Translations under genes and position numbers: made by a program
Shown here: one piece after another, positions 1-12,787 of the stretch
Layout of the letters: each line of letters begins with the position of its first letter
Position numbering within the stretch: position 1 is the stretch's first letter
NCBI RefSeq assembly: GCF_006345805.1
Contig: NC_043017.1
Coordinates: 14,260,001-14,324,000, forward strand
Length of the DNA stretch: 64,000 nt
Source: Octopus sinensis
Taxonomy: Eukaryota
Direction: 5' to 3'
The notes under the pieces: generated by a model
Told to the model about the DNA's origin: nothing
Database searches by the model: none
Seen by the model: only the letters and a program-made list of their open reading frames with translations

Positions 1-3000
1 AGAAGTCTGGGTTTTACATGAGAAAATACATTTCAGCTGATTCTATAATATTAATTGCAATGTTGTTAAATTGTCTGCTAAATGTCCATAAAAATTAGCC
101 ACTGAAGACTTCCTTTATATGGCTAACAAGAGATGGACATCTAGAAGACCACCTGAACACATAGATGGCTAGGTTGCTCTATATACAAATGTTGTCCCAG
201 AGAAAAATGTTTTCACCAAAATTATTAAAAGGTCAGTTTATGTTTGCTTTTTTTACTTATTATAATAAATGAGAAATTTATAATTACATTTTCACAATAA
301 ATGTAATTACTTTTTCTATAATTTTAAAATAGAATTTTTAAAGATTTCTTTTCTAAGACTTAACCCAAAGTGGCTTTCAAGTAAGTTCCCTATGTTTTCC
401 TCAGTCACAATGGACTTTTCTGGCAAACCAACTAGACTCTTGTCAGTTCTATGGTAGAGTGCTTCCCACCTCACAGCAGCAAGTAAAAGTATTGAGGTGG
501 TGACTGTGAGGAGACCTTCCTCTGATTCGTCTTTAGTAAGACGAATCAGACTCAGAAGAGCAACAAAGACTTTCAAGTGGTGCTTAGTAGCAGGTTTTTC
601 AATGCTGATTTCAAATTCCATGTTGCTTTTCTATGCCCACCACCAACAGCAAGGTTGATGAACTAAAACACCCGGCACATACTTGGGTCAATGTAATGAA
701 CAACAAGTGTTCTCTAAGGTTCTTCAAGCAAGAAACTGTGGCTGAAGATCCTGAAAATAACTTCTTAATGATTTAAGGGAAAATATGATCCACAGCAGTC
801 CTCTATAGAGCAGTGACCCTACTACTACAGGTAGTATTATCTTTGAAAGACAGTTATAAAGCAATGTCTCACAATTCCTATAATTAAAGGGGTTTGTGGC
901 ACATCCAATCTTGGGCCCAATACAAGAGTTAACTTGACCAAGCAACATTTCATTAGAATTACATGTTTTTTTCTTATTTCAGCAATATTCACAACGATAA
1001 GAAAAAGACCATTTAATAAATATGATAATTTTAATGAATTAACCAATTAATAGTCTATAAAATAATTTCATCAAACATGATAGTATTGGTTAATTTCAGT
1101 CTTAAAATCAATTCCAACCTTAATAAACCTTTCAACATCAACCTGTCCTTGTTCTTACAGTACAAAACCGTTCATTTTTAAGTGTTCATATTTTAATCAA
1201 AACTTTCCAACATAATTTTCTCCAAGAACCTTTCATCATGTTATATTCCAAACACCAGATTCATAATGGCTAAGAGATTTCGTCAAATTCTGCGAAATTC
1301 TTGATTATTTTGCAAACTAATCAAAAATCAAATGCTACGTTTCACAAGAAATATGACCTGGAAAGACTAATTTAATTTCACTTTTGAACATCATTTACTT
1401 AGATATAATTGAACTTAAGTAAATTATTAATTATAATCTGTTCAGTAACTATAACTGTCATTCATAAACTCCAGCCGACTTGTAGAGCAACCGACTCTCA
1501 TGCAGTAAACTTGTTCTCTGCTTCCGAATGAGGACGAATCCAAGAACAACAGATTTCACAGTTAACAGAAACAATAGCCAGAGCTTTCATTCAAATAACT
1601 ACCTTTGTCTAACATGTCTGTGGCTTAAAGCAGAGCTGCCCTTGATATTTTCAACAATACACAACTGTTATGTGTATATAAACCTACCAACATTGACAAA
1701 CTATACATTTATGTCACTGAATGTTATTGAATTTAATAGGAAGTAAGGTGACCAGTAGAGTTTACTTGGAATATGAAGAAACATTAAAAAAATTTCTATC
1801 ATGGTCTTAATATTTATGTATTCAACATTTGAAATATCTGTTTTTGTGTTAGAAACCTTACAAAAATAATAAAGATCAAAATCATATGTATTTATGCTTC
1901 AATGAGTGTGTTTGTGCATGTGTATGTGTGTGTGTGTATATATATATATACAAATAAAAATGAAATTATGTAAATTATAGATATACAACTAAAAGCTAAA
2001 AGCAATGAAAACAAATAAGAATTTCATGTTGAGCAGCAGAAGAATGTAAGCTATATTTGATGTGAAAGAATTAATTGCTGTTTAACGTTGGAATAATGTA
2101 TAGCATAAAAGATGAATATGTATGAGTAGATTGGTGAGTAATTTAGCTGGTATTCACCCACATGTTATGAGTTCAAATCCTGGCATTATCAAAGATATTG
2201 CTCTTTAGAAAAAATGATGCCATCACAAGTAACTGTATTGCTGCCATTAAATTTCATCTACATCTGGTTCCTATTCATCAATCTTGATATTATGTAAAAA
2301 AACAAATCGATTAGCATTTTAAGCATTTTCACATGAATTATTTGGATCTGTAACTCAATCCTTTGGCATTCTTTGAACTGAGCTAAATATTTCATCAAAG
2401 GCTTTCTGATATGAACAATTTCATCACAGGTTTCCTTTATTCTCCATCTATGAAGAGTAGCTAAATTCACAAGCAGCTCAAAACCTATTTCTACAGAGTT
2501 GTACTTCAGTAGCTCACAATTGCAACAGAAACAATCACCATAATAAAAAAATACGCCCCCCCCTCTCTCTCTCTCCTAGAATGACTCAGTCCTTCAAACT
2601 GTATGTTAACAGTCTTTTAAAACTGAAAGAATGTCTTAAATAAGTATTGTATACTGTAAACTTACAGAGAAGAAAGAAATGTCAATATTAAAAGTGAGAA
2701 CCTCAAGTCTCACCTGATATTTCTAATAGGGTTCTTAGTATCCACGTGCTATTTTAGAATCATAAACTATAAAACTCTCAAATTAAGACAAACACATCAA
2801 TTAATGCCAAATCTTATGTCTTTTAATTAAGGTAGGATCCTATATGTGTTAATTAAGGTTGGATTCTGAGCTTTTTAAATCAAAGTAGAATCCTACTGTT
2901 TTTCGAATTATAACACTTCAATTAACATGAAAACGAATTGCAAAAAATTATATAGAAACATACAAACATTTATATGCACATACACACAAAAACATATATA

Positions 3001-3142
3001 CACTAATATTAAATGTACACACAGCTACACATATGTATTCCAATATATATGTACAAACATACATACTTTATAGGGATGAATATCTTACAGGCTGCAAGTT
3101 TGTTTCATTGAACAACCATATAAATTGTGAAATGAGTTTGTA

Positions 3143-4835
3143 GCCCAATGCTTCTCGTTCGCGGGTGAGTTCTACCAGCAGTGCTCGGGAGTGGCCATGG
3201 GAACAAGAATGGGCCCCAACTATGTTGAGGCCCAAATATTCTCTAGTTTCACTGGTCCCACTCTCGAACTATATGGCCATTATATTGACGACTGTATCGG
3301 TGCCTCCTCACTCTCCCGCGAACATCTAGACTCCTTCCTCTCTTTCGTCCAATCTTTCCATCCTGCCCTCCACTTCTCCTGCACTATCTCTGACACTTCT
3401 GTCTCCTTTCTTGACATTTCAGTCAGCATTCATCACTCCATTCTTACCACCTCCATCCACTACAAACGCACAGACTCACACTCATACCTAAACTTCTCCT
3501 CCTCCCACCCCAAACACACCAAGCTTTCCATCCCCTATTCCCAATTCCTCCGTCTACACAGGCTCTGTAGTGACAACCATGACTTTGAAATTCAGTCTCA
3601 ACTCATGGCTCGCCACTTCATCCTACGTGGATATCCCCTAACCACTATCCACACCGCCCTTGCCAGAGCACGTTCCATGGACCGTGCATCTGCTCTCTCC
3701 CTCCAAACCTGCCCTGCAGTCTCCCGCCTCCCTTTTCCCCTCACCTACCACCCCACCATCCTACCTCTCCAATGCACCAGTCTCCGAGCTTTCCGGCATC
3801 TCCAGTCTGACCCATCCACTTCACACATCTTCCCTAACCGACCCTCCCCTCCTTCAAACGAGCCCACAACCTACGAGACCTCTTGGTCCACAGCTTCTTC
3901 CCCAACCCTACCTCCCAACCTGGCTCATTCCCCTGCCCCCGCCCATGCTGCTGCACTTGCCTTTACCTCTCCAACACCACTCTCCTCATTGACACCCATC
4001 ATCGACCCTATCGCATCATCGACTCCTTCACCTGCACCTCCAGCAATATCATCTATTGCATCTCCTGCTCTCTCTGCCATTCCCTGTACATCAGACAAAC
4101 GGGACGTCACTTGGCTGACCGGTTCTCAGAACACCTCCGAGACATCTGCCTCGGCAATGACACCCCGGTCTCATGCCATTTCCGCTCCACTGGTCACTCC
4201 TTGCAACACCTGTCTGTGTCTGGATTGTCTTTGCACAGAGGCCATCCGGACTCCCGTTTGTGCCGTGAACAGGGATTAATCTTCTCTCTTCGCTCTTTTA
4301 TGCCATTTGGGCTCAACTCTCCTCCCCTCTTCATCTAACTTCCTCCCCGACTCCTACTTCTCTTCACTCCTACATCTTTTCACCCCTACTCTCTTTCTCT
4401 CTGCTCCCTCACTCTCCTCTCCCCATCCCTCCTCCTTCGTCCCACCCAACTCTCCTCTCTTGCCCTGACTCCTACTTCTCTTCACTCCTACTTCTCTTTC
4501 CCTCTTCTTTCCTACTCTCTTTCTCTCCCCTCTTCTCTCTCATTCTCTTTCTCTCTTACTCTTTCACTCTTCCCTCCTCCTCTCTCTTCACTTTGTTATC
4601 TCCCCTACTTTCCTTCTCCAGTGTGACCCTTCTGTCCGAGTCAGATGCCATGATAGATCGTTAGCCACTACACACATTTGTTTTCTCTCCTTCTTTTCTG
4701 TGTCCCTTTCTGTAGAAGAGCGTAGGCTCGAAACGTAAAAGACTTTTTCTATTCCTGAGCGTTATACTAATACATCTGTTTGTTTTGTACACCACTCGTC
4801 TTTGTCTTTTGATGTTTTTCTTGTAAACTCTCCAT
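3143..4835 (+). mobile_element. Penelope-like retroelement, 5'-truncated: RT C-terminal part, GIY-YIG endonuclease, CT-rich 3' region, hammerhead-bearing terminus
   Basis: Q-x-x-GVAMGTRMGPNY, YIDD, FLD, YKRTDSHSYL..SSSHP in ORF 3191. After a frameshift near 3840: Cys-rich linker and IIYCISC..C..LYIRQTGRHLADRFSEH (GIY-YIG) in ORF 3883..4338. Ends at (TA)n. Confidence 0.92.
4702..4743 (+). ncRNA. Minimal type I hammerhead-ribozyme-like motif (A6U core variant)
   Basis: gtcccttt-CTGTAGA-A-GAG-cgtagg-CTC-GAAAC-GTA-aaagac: stem I ttt/aaa (+gtc/gac), stem II GAG/CTC, palindromic ACGT stem III. Lies in a Penelope terminus, the expected location. Confidence 0.6.
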
Positions 4836-6455
4836 ATATATATATACTACACACACACACACACTCACACATATATATATATATAAACTAATATAAATGT
4901 ACAAACATGCAAATACTGATATACACTTATTTATTTAAATATATGCATGTATGATTTTTCTTTGAGTTTTATGTAGGTTCTCCTTGAGAGAGTTCAAGCT
5001 TGTATCTAACAAAGCTAGAAGACTTTTTGAGTTACGAGAGTTCCTAGTGTTTATAAATATGTTGAACTGGTTGAACTGTCAATGCACACATCCAAGTGTG
5101 TGTATCTATTCACATTTTTGGAATAGATTGGATTTGGGGAATCTGCATCAGTTTCTAATGTGTGTGTGTGTGGTTGTATGTGTGCAAATAAAACAAACTA
5201 ATACATTTATGTATCAAAATTGCTGATATTAATAAAAAAGATAATAGACATTATAAGAACCAATTTTGTGAGAGGAAAGTGCAGTAGGCTTGCTGATAGG
5301 ACTGAACCACAAATCTCTAGCATTCTGGGTCACTGATGGGATTTCAACTACAAATCTACAAGTTACTGCATGAGTTACAGATTAGGTGTCCAAATGTTTC
5401 GCAATACAACAATGTGCAAGTTTTTACTATATTTCTGGAAAATATTAGTCTGTGAGTTGGGGAGTGTTTGGAAACATTAGTGTTTAGGATGGAGACTTTG
5501 AAAGTTCTATGGCTAGGCATGAAGACTTTGGAAAGTCCTGTCATCATGGATGGGATTTGAACTCAGAACACAAAGGATAATATTAAAGAACATTCTTATT
5601 CAAATGTCACTGACAATAATCTATGTGAAATTCTGAAATTCCTTGAAGAAATTGTGTCACATCCATACCTGCTGAAAGCGAAACTGTTGTCCATTTAATC
5701 TAAGGCAAGGAGAATGAACTGGAATCTTATGATACTTGGTGCAGGGTTCAAACTCCTGAGTCTCGATCTAATTAAGGAACACAAGAAGTACAAACGACAT
5801 CCATACAATATAGTTAGAAAGTTTGCCTCCAATAAGAAACAGAAAAAGTAATCATAGTCTTGGTGTTAACAATGTCAGAGTTACAAATTTAGAGAATTAT
5901 TAAGATTATGAATAAAATCATAATAATGTTGAATTTTCATAACTATTAACAGGAAAAATAGATATCACAAGACCTGAAATGACAAAGGGGACAAAAGTAG
6001 GCAATTAGACTGACCCTTATACATGACTTGTAATTATAGTATCTACTGCAGTTGTCTAAAAGGAAAAGGTGACCTTGGTGAGAAATGAACATAAGACCTA
6101 TGGGTAGGCAAGTGAATACCACAAGGCATTTCATCCATCACTCCACTGCCAATCCACCAACAAGATTAATATATTCATTTTTCACTTAGGCACAAAGGCA
6201 CAAGAGGGTTGAAGAAGGCTAGGTTGACCCCAGTATATAACTGATAGTCTATTTCATCAAGCTTGGATGGATAAAGAACAAAATTAACTTGACGATTAAC
6301 TTAGAACCTAAATAATTACAGCAAAACATTCTGTTCATCATTTTAGTAATTCTGCCAATTTACTAATAAGATTAATTAAGTAATTCAAAAGTAATTCTTT
6401 GAAAACATGTTACATAAATAAATATCTTATTCTTCATATTGCTTTGTGTGTGTGT

Positions 6456-6502
<47 letters not shown>

Positions 6503-9500
6503 TATATTTATACAATGTATATCATGAATATATTATAAGTATCATATAAATGTTAAATTACATGATATAAAACTAAAGTTTGAACAGTGGAATTAGAGTT
6601 TCATTTGAATGAAATTTTTTCTAAATATTTCAATTGAAGGAAAAAATGATCAAATGTGAAAACTTTGAGAATGATTATAGAGATCAAATTGTTATAAATT
6701 GTAAAGTAATTACTAGCCTAGTTTATAAAATGAGACAAATTTTAATTAATTAATTTATTAACGAAGAGAAAAATCATTATGTTAATGATTAATTTTGATG
6801 AAGAAAGAAAAGATTGCAGTAGGAAGGAAGTCCGATTTTTGGCAGTTTGGTGTTAACAGAGGACATGTTTCAATTTTATTAAATCTCATCAGTCTACTCT
6901 AACAGATACTGAAAAATACTCGAGGACACCAGCTACACAGAAAACATTAGTATAGTACATGCTGAAATACTTAATAGACTGAGCCAAAGATTATTAAGTA
7001 ATTACAAAGCTTAATTCTAAAAATGTTCTTTGTTCTTTAATTCTTCATATCTAATAAATTGCAAGAAATTTTCTCACCAATTTATTGGTTATATGTTAAA
7101 CACATTGTCTTGTAGATTAATAAATAAAAAATCTTTATTCTGAGGTAGCTTTTTAAATCAATAACATTTGAACTATGGGCAAAATCCCCTTTTTAAATTC
7201 TAAAATTATTTGGAAAATGTTTAAAGGTTATGTCTTGAATATTTTAAAATGATTCATTATGGAAAACAGCGTGGATTCTAACTATTCATAGAATTAACAA
7301 AATAGTAATTATGATAGAAATAATAAAATGTGCATTCATTATGTACAAAATTAATTAATCAAATTAATATGGGAAAAGACTGACATTACACTATATAGGA
7401 ATAAAATAGCAACAGGTTTATTATGAATTGAAATTTACACGAATCTAAGTTCATTATAAACAAAATATATTTCAACAGAAAATAATGTAATTAAAAAAAT
7501 GGATATTAATAAAGCTGAAATTAGAAGAGATAATTAGTTGGTATAAAAATAAATTTTAAAATCATTTCTAATTTATTTTCATTTGCATAAATTTTAGATG
7601 AAGATGGGCAAAATATTTTTCACTCTAATTCTATTATTTATTTTTGTCATTTTACATAATTTAAATGAGTTCTTGGATTGAATCCTTTTTTAATTTTATA
7701 ATTAATCTAAGATCTAAATAAGTGATACATAAAATGACAGTGTAAATATGTCTTAATCAATTTTAATTGAACAAATTATCAAGGAATATTATTTTAAAAA
7801 TTATTATTACTATTATTATTACTCCAATGGTTGAAAACTTTACAAACTAAATATTTAGAGTGAGAGTTTTAATGTATTTTTTGGTAAAGTGGAATAATAA
7901 AATTATATAATTTAAATTTAAAACAAATGCAATTTTCTAACATACCTAAAACAATTAAACACCCCACCAGTTATTTATTTTGTACATTGAATTGGTAAAA
8001 GAATTACAGGTTGTTAATTAGAGGTTTCCAATGGACTAATCATTCGCTCACTGTATTTTTAGAGGCAGTAGTAAATGAGAATGTACATAAGTTGGTGTAG
8101 AATAAATATTGGAAAGGACTTCATCCAAACAGCTTTTGCCAATGCTTACAGCAATGACTGACACACAATTTGTGCCTAGTTGCCATCAACCAAATTTCAC
8201 ACACAAGCTTTGGTCGACCTGAGGCCACTGTAAAGTGGAATTGAACTCAGATGTATGTAATTGTGAACTTCTTAGCCACTTACTCATGTCTGTATGTATT
8301 ACAATAATGTCTTTTAGAATAATATAATACAGAAACTGTGGACTCAGTTTTAATAAAAGTTGACTCATATTAAGACTTTTTGTTAGTCGACTCAAGATTT
8401 TCCCTTTACCCAACCGCTATGTGAATTCACTGGAGTAAGTGTTAACCATAGTTAATACAAAGGACATTAAACTTTTTCAAATGATCTCTTTAATTCTGTT
8501 TTCCTTTAGGAAGTACAGTACTTTCTTCCAGAATGCCCTCCTTCTCCTAAGACTGCTTCAGATTTCATGATACAAAACCTCCTGTATCAAAATGCTCCAT
8601 GCATAAATTAAAACTTTCTATCACAATTTCTTCTGTAACCCATTTATGTTCCAAACATTAGAATTATCATGAAGCTTGAGTGTTACCAATTGTTTGATGT
8701 ATAATGTTAGGAATATGCTTTTTGCCAATGATAATGTGACAATGGTACAAGAGTTATAATTCTACTTTGTTCAAATTTCATAGTACCTATACAAACTAAC
8801 AAAATGAATAATGATTTTAAAAAAATATAATATCTATTATATTAAAATAAAATTCATTCAAACAAATTTCTCATTTGTATGTTTGCAATAAATATAAGTC
8901 ATCAATAACAACAAAACTGTTTAATTATCAGTTAATCACAGATATAATATTATCCTATCTAACCCAGTGGCAAAAATATATCCTAAACATTATCTACTGT
9001 AGTTATATTTAGTAACCATCGTAGAAAATCCAATAAAATCAGAATTATCTCCATTGGAAGATAAAAGCAGGATTAGAGATGGGGAGGGAATGCTGCCAAT
9101 TAAGTTGTTTATTTTCTTAAACCCATTCAAATTCTAGATTATTTTTTAACATAACAGAAACACCTAGAGATAGTATTTCAATAGAAATATGGTCAGTCAA
9201 GTGTTAATTAAACATTAAGCCCAGAAATAATCGTGCAGTGAGGAAACACCATAGTTAATAATTATTATCATTTGAAATGAACTGGTAAGTATGGGAGACA
9301 ATCCAAACATGTTTCAGTGTTATTGGAACTCCTTAGCAAAACAAACTTTGCCAGGCATGTCAAAGTAGTGATGACAGAATCACTAAGTCAATATAAACTT
9401 AGAAAGTAGAAAATAGTCAATGAACAAACTATGTTTAGATGCTGACTCCATGTCAAAAATAAAAGTTAATGTTTAGTGTATTATCTACTGAAATAAGTAC

Positions 9501-9871
9501 AATAGTTATAAAAAATTAATTCAATAAAGAATATTACATCACAATTCCAAATAAGGCATAATTTCTTTTCTCCCTTATATCAAAACAGATTACTTTATAT
9601 TTGCCATTTTAAATTCTCTGAAGCAAAAGAATTTTAAACAACAAATAAAATATTCTAAGTGTAAATATATATAAGCATTTTGATATTTATTGCATTATTT
9701 AAATTCTTACTTTTTTTTATCATTTATTAAGTTATTTAAATTATCAAAAATATTTTAAATTATTCTTAAAACACAAAAAGTTATATTTCTTAATTTAAAT
9801 AAAATTGCTCAGTGTAAAGAAAAAAATGGCTCAAAAGGTGTAATTAGAAATTCAGATGACCACGAGCTTAC

Positions 9872-9886
9872 CTCCACTATACTGGG
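9872..9886 (-). CDS. Candidate 15-nt microexon (PSIVE) of Cav2 C-tail
   Basis: ctacttactgttgtttttcattttcaatggcaag|CCCAGTATAGTGGAG|gtaagc: branch-like CTTAC, pyrimidine tract, strong donor, frame-preserving. Could be chance. Confidence 0.3.
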
Positions 9887-11299
9887 CTTGCCATTGAAAA
9901 TGAAAAACAACAGTAAGTAGTAGTAGTAATAACAGGTTCTAATTTTAGGTAGAGGACCAACATTTGTGGAGTTAGAGGTTACTCAAATCGATTCTAGAAT
10001 TTGATTTGTACTTTCCTTTATTCTTGAATGGATGAAAGGCAAAGCTGACACTGACAGAATTTGAACTCAAAATGAGCCGAAAGAAATATAATAAGGCATT
10101 TCTGTTAATCTGCAAGGATAATTAATTTTCAATTATCATTGCATAATAATAATAATAATAATAATAAAGTCAAAATTTCTAATACTTATTCTTAGACATG
10201 AAATCTAAAGATGAGAAAATATTTCTCAGTGATTAAATTGATCTACAATATATTTAGAATGTAAAGTAGACAAATCCTATGTGAAATTAAGGGAAAATGC
10301 CAAATTAAAATTAAGAAGCAATTCTTTTTAAGATATGAAATTCTTAATATTACAAAATTGAAGCTTGGAGTTCAAAACTAGGGATGACTGCAGTTTAACT
10401 CATAGAATAATTTTTGCTATGACTGACGATCTAAATTGTTTGGAACATGTTCCATTTGGCTTTGTATTTAAGAAAGAAATGTTTCATTAAAGGCTTTATA
10501 TAATTTGGTGAAGAAATAAAGTGAGGAATTTATAATTTATTTCAGAAACACAAGAAATCTCAATGGGAAGAATGTAAAAGCAGAAAGTGTCGCAGAAAAT
10601 TCTTTGAAAAGAAAAGTGCATTTAGAATCAAATCTTAAGTGTGTGTTTAGCTAAAAATGCCAGAATTAAATTTTTGTGTGAAGAGTTTAGCATGCTAAAT
10701 CCTTATGTTTTACTGCATTATCATGCTTTTAATGCATAAAAAGTTTGTTAAAAAATGTGTAAAGGCCAATGTAAAATTTGTGTTGTAAGGCAAACTTCAG
10801 TGACGCTTATGAGACATGTTATTGGACATAAAGAATCTGTGGCTTATGAACAATTTGAAATATCCCTAGAAGACATAAGAAAGAAGAAATCAGATCATTT
10901 TAGAATCAACAGCAGTTTTGATGTATATATGAGAGACAATCAGGAATGGATAATTAAAAAGCGAGGATTAAAAAATCAATGGAAATTTGTGTCAAGTGCT
11001 TTCAGAGTCATGCTTCTTAATTTTCTGCAAAGATGGAATTGAGAGGCATGTGTGCCTACAAACAAGTAGTTAAACATGTGCACATTTATATATTTCTCTC
11101 TATATGCATCTATGTGTGAGTGTGTGTACATATACATACACACACACACACTCACATACACTCACACACACACACATTCAGATATATGGATGTGATTTGA
11201 TTTTATTACAAAAATATTTTAGACTATAGACATGTAGATGAATGCGTGTATATATTTATGGGTGTGTACAAATGTCAAAGTGTGTGTATGCATATATAT

Positions 11300-11368
<69 letters not shown>

Positions 11369-12429
11369 ACCCAGCCAGCTACACATGCATGTAAATATAT
11401 GTGGAGTAGATGTGAAGTGTTGAATAAGTGATGTGACTTTATAAATAGAGAAATATTTTGTAAGCAATATTATTAAAAGTGATCAGAATCAAATGTAGAA
11501 GTGGCGGACCAAAATAGTTGATGTGCTGAGAAAATGTTCGATGTGCACAGAAGCTCAAAGGGAATGGACTTCAAACATTCAAAAAGTAATCAAGAGTTCT
11601 CATAATGAGCATTAATTAATTAGAATATTGACTGAGAAAAAAAAAAAAAATATATATATATATATTATATATATATATATATACACACTTGCTTACTTGA
11701 ATGACAAGTTGAGTTTTCTTACCATGTGGATGAAGCAACATGCATAGTTGATCCGTGCACAACATAAGAAAGGGTTGTAAACACAGAGAAAATAGATTAC
11801 AAGTTTAATGAAAACATGTTGGGTTTTTAATTATCAGTTTCGTTTAGAACCAGATTTGAAATGTTAACAAGTTGATAGCTTTAACTAAACTTTACGAAAA
11901 ACAATATGGTTAGAACATATTTCTTGTTTTGGTCTAGCTAGAAGAGATAAGTAAATGATAAAAACTATAGAAAAATAATTCCACCACAACATGCAGAATA
12001 AAAGAAGAAAAAATAAGATAAAATTCCTCATTGATTGTAAGAGCTACAGCAAAAGGGACAAAAACTATATTTTGGAAACTAGCACAAATCACTGCAATAC
12101 TTGCAAAATGGTTATAAAAAAAAAAAACAAACCTACAATGAATGAGAAATAAAGGACAAGGACTACAAAGACTTTCGACTGGTTTTTATGATAAAATGGA
12201 CTACGTTCTCAATGCACTTACACTGGTGAGAAAAATTGGTTGAAGAAAAAGTGTTTTCAACTACTTGGGTCACAAGCAATTTAAAATGAGGTAGGTGCAT
12301 AAATATGGATAACTTGTGACAGCATAAATTCGGATAATAGAGTTGAAGAGGATGGAGGCAGACTGGTGTAACTTAAATTCCAGATGCAATTTAGGTGTGC
12401 CAGAGTAATTGGAGTGTATTCAGTCATAC

Positions 12430-12573
12430 CTGATTATAGTCCTCATCATAATCTTTATAATCCTCTTGATACTCCTGATAATCTTTATAATCCTCGTGAT
12501 ACTCTTCGTCATCGTGATATTCTTTATAATCATCGTCATCACGATATTCCTTAATATCATCCTCCCAGAACAA
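12430..12573 (-). CDS. Cav2: Probable cassette exon of Cav2 C-tail encoding an acidic Tyr-rich repeat (LFWEDDIKEYRDDDDYKEYHDDEEYHEDYKDYQEYQEDYKDYDEDYNQ)
   Basis: 144 nt, no stop, phase 0-0 matching the upstream IQ exon. Acceptor cttttctgatttcaag, donor CAG|gtatga. Synonymous GAT/GAC and GAA/GAG alternation. No transcript evidence available here. Confidence 0.65.
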
Positions 12574-12787
12574 CTTGAAATCAGAAAAGTTGAACAAATC
12601 AGATACATTCAAAATTTCAACAAGAAACGTAAAGCTCTTCGACATCACAGCTGTAGATTACTCTCCAAAGGCCATGGAATGTGTGTGCATGTATATATAA
12701 TATATATATTCACATATACACATAAACAAAAAAATGTACAAGGTACTTAAAAAATACACATATAACTTAATAATCTAAAGATTGGTC

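Noticed and set aside
316-1046. ORFs 316..621, 724..948 and 837..1046 as further channel exons
   Set aside because: No recognisable Cav2 C-tail motifs or paired splice sites; probably decayed repeat sequence.
1603-1617. 15-nt AG..GT microexon candidate ACATGTTAGACAAAG
   Set aside because: In-frame TAG in the required phase 0, weak pyrimidine tract and weak donor.
3191-4279. A single 362-aa protein from ORF 3191..4279
   Set aside because: Only the first ~215 aa are Penelope RT. After a frameshift near 3840 the real frame is that of ORF 3883..4338, and the Pro/Ser-rich tail is off-frame.
10755-11042. ORF with faint GIY-YIG-like pattern (VVRQTSVTLMRHVIGH)
   Set aside because: Too degenerate to call without a profile search.
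12430-12573. Possibility that the DYK repeats are a synthetic FLAG/3xFLAG contaminant
   Set aside because: No DYKDDDDK, no vector or linker sequence, native splice sites and AT-rich genomic flanks.
12409-12750. Hydrophobic plus-strand ORF resembling a membrane protein
   Set aside because: Antisense shadow of the D/E/Y exon: the complement of GAT/TAT codons gives Ile/Leu.
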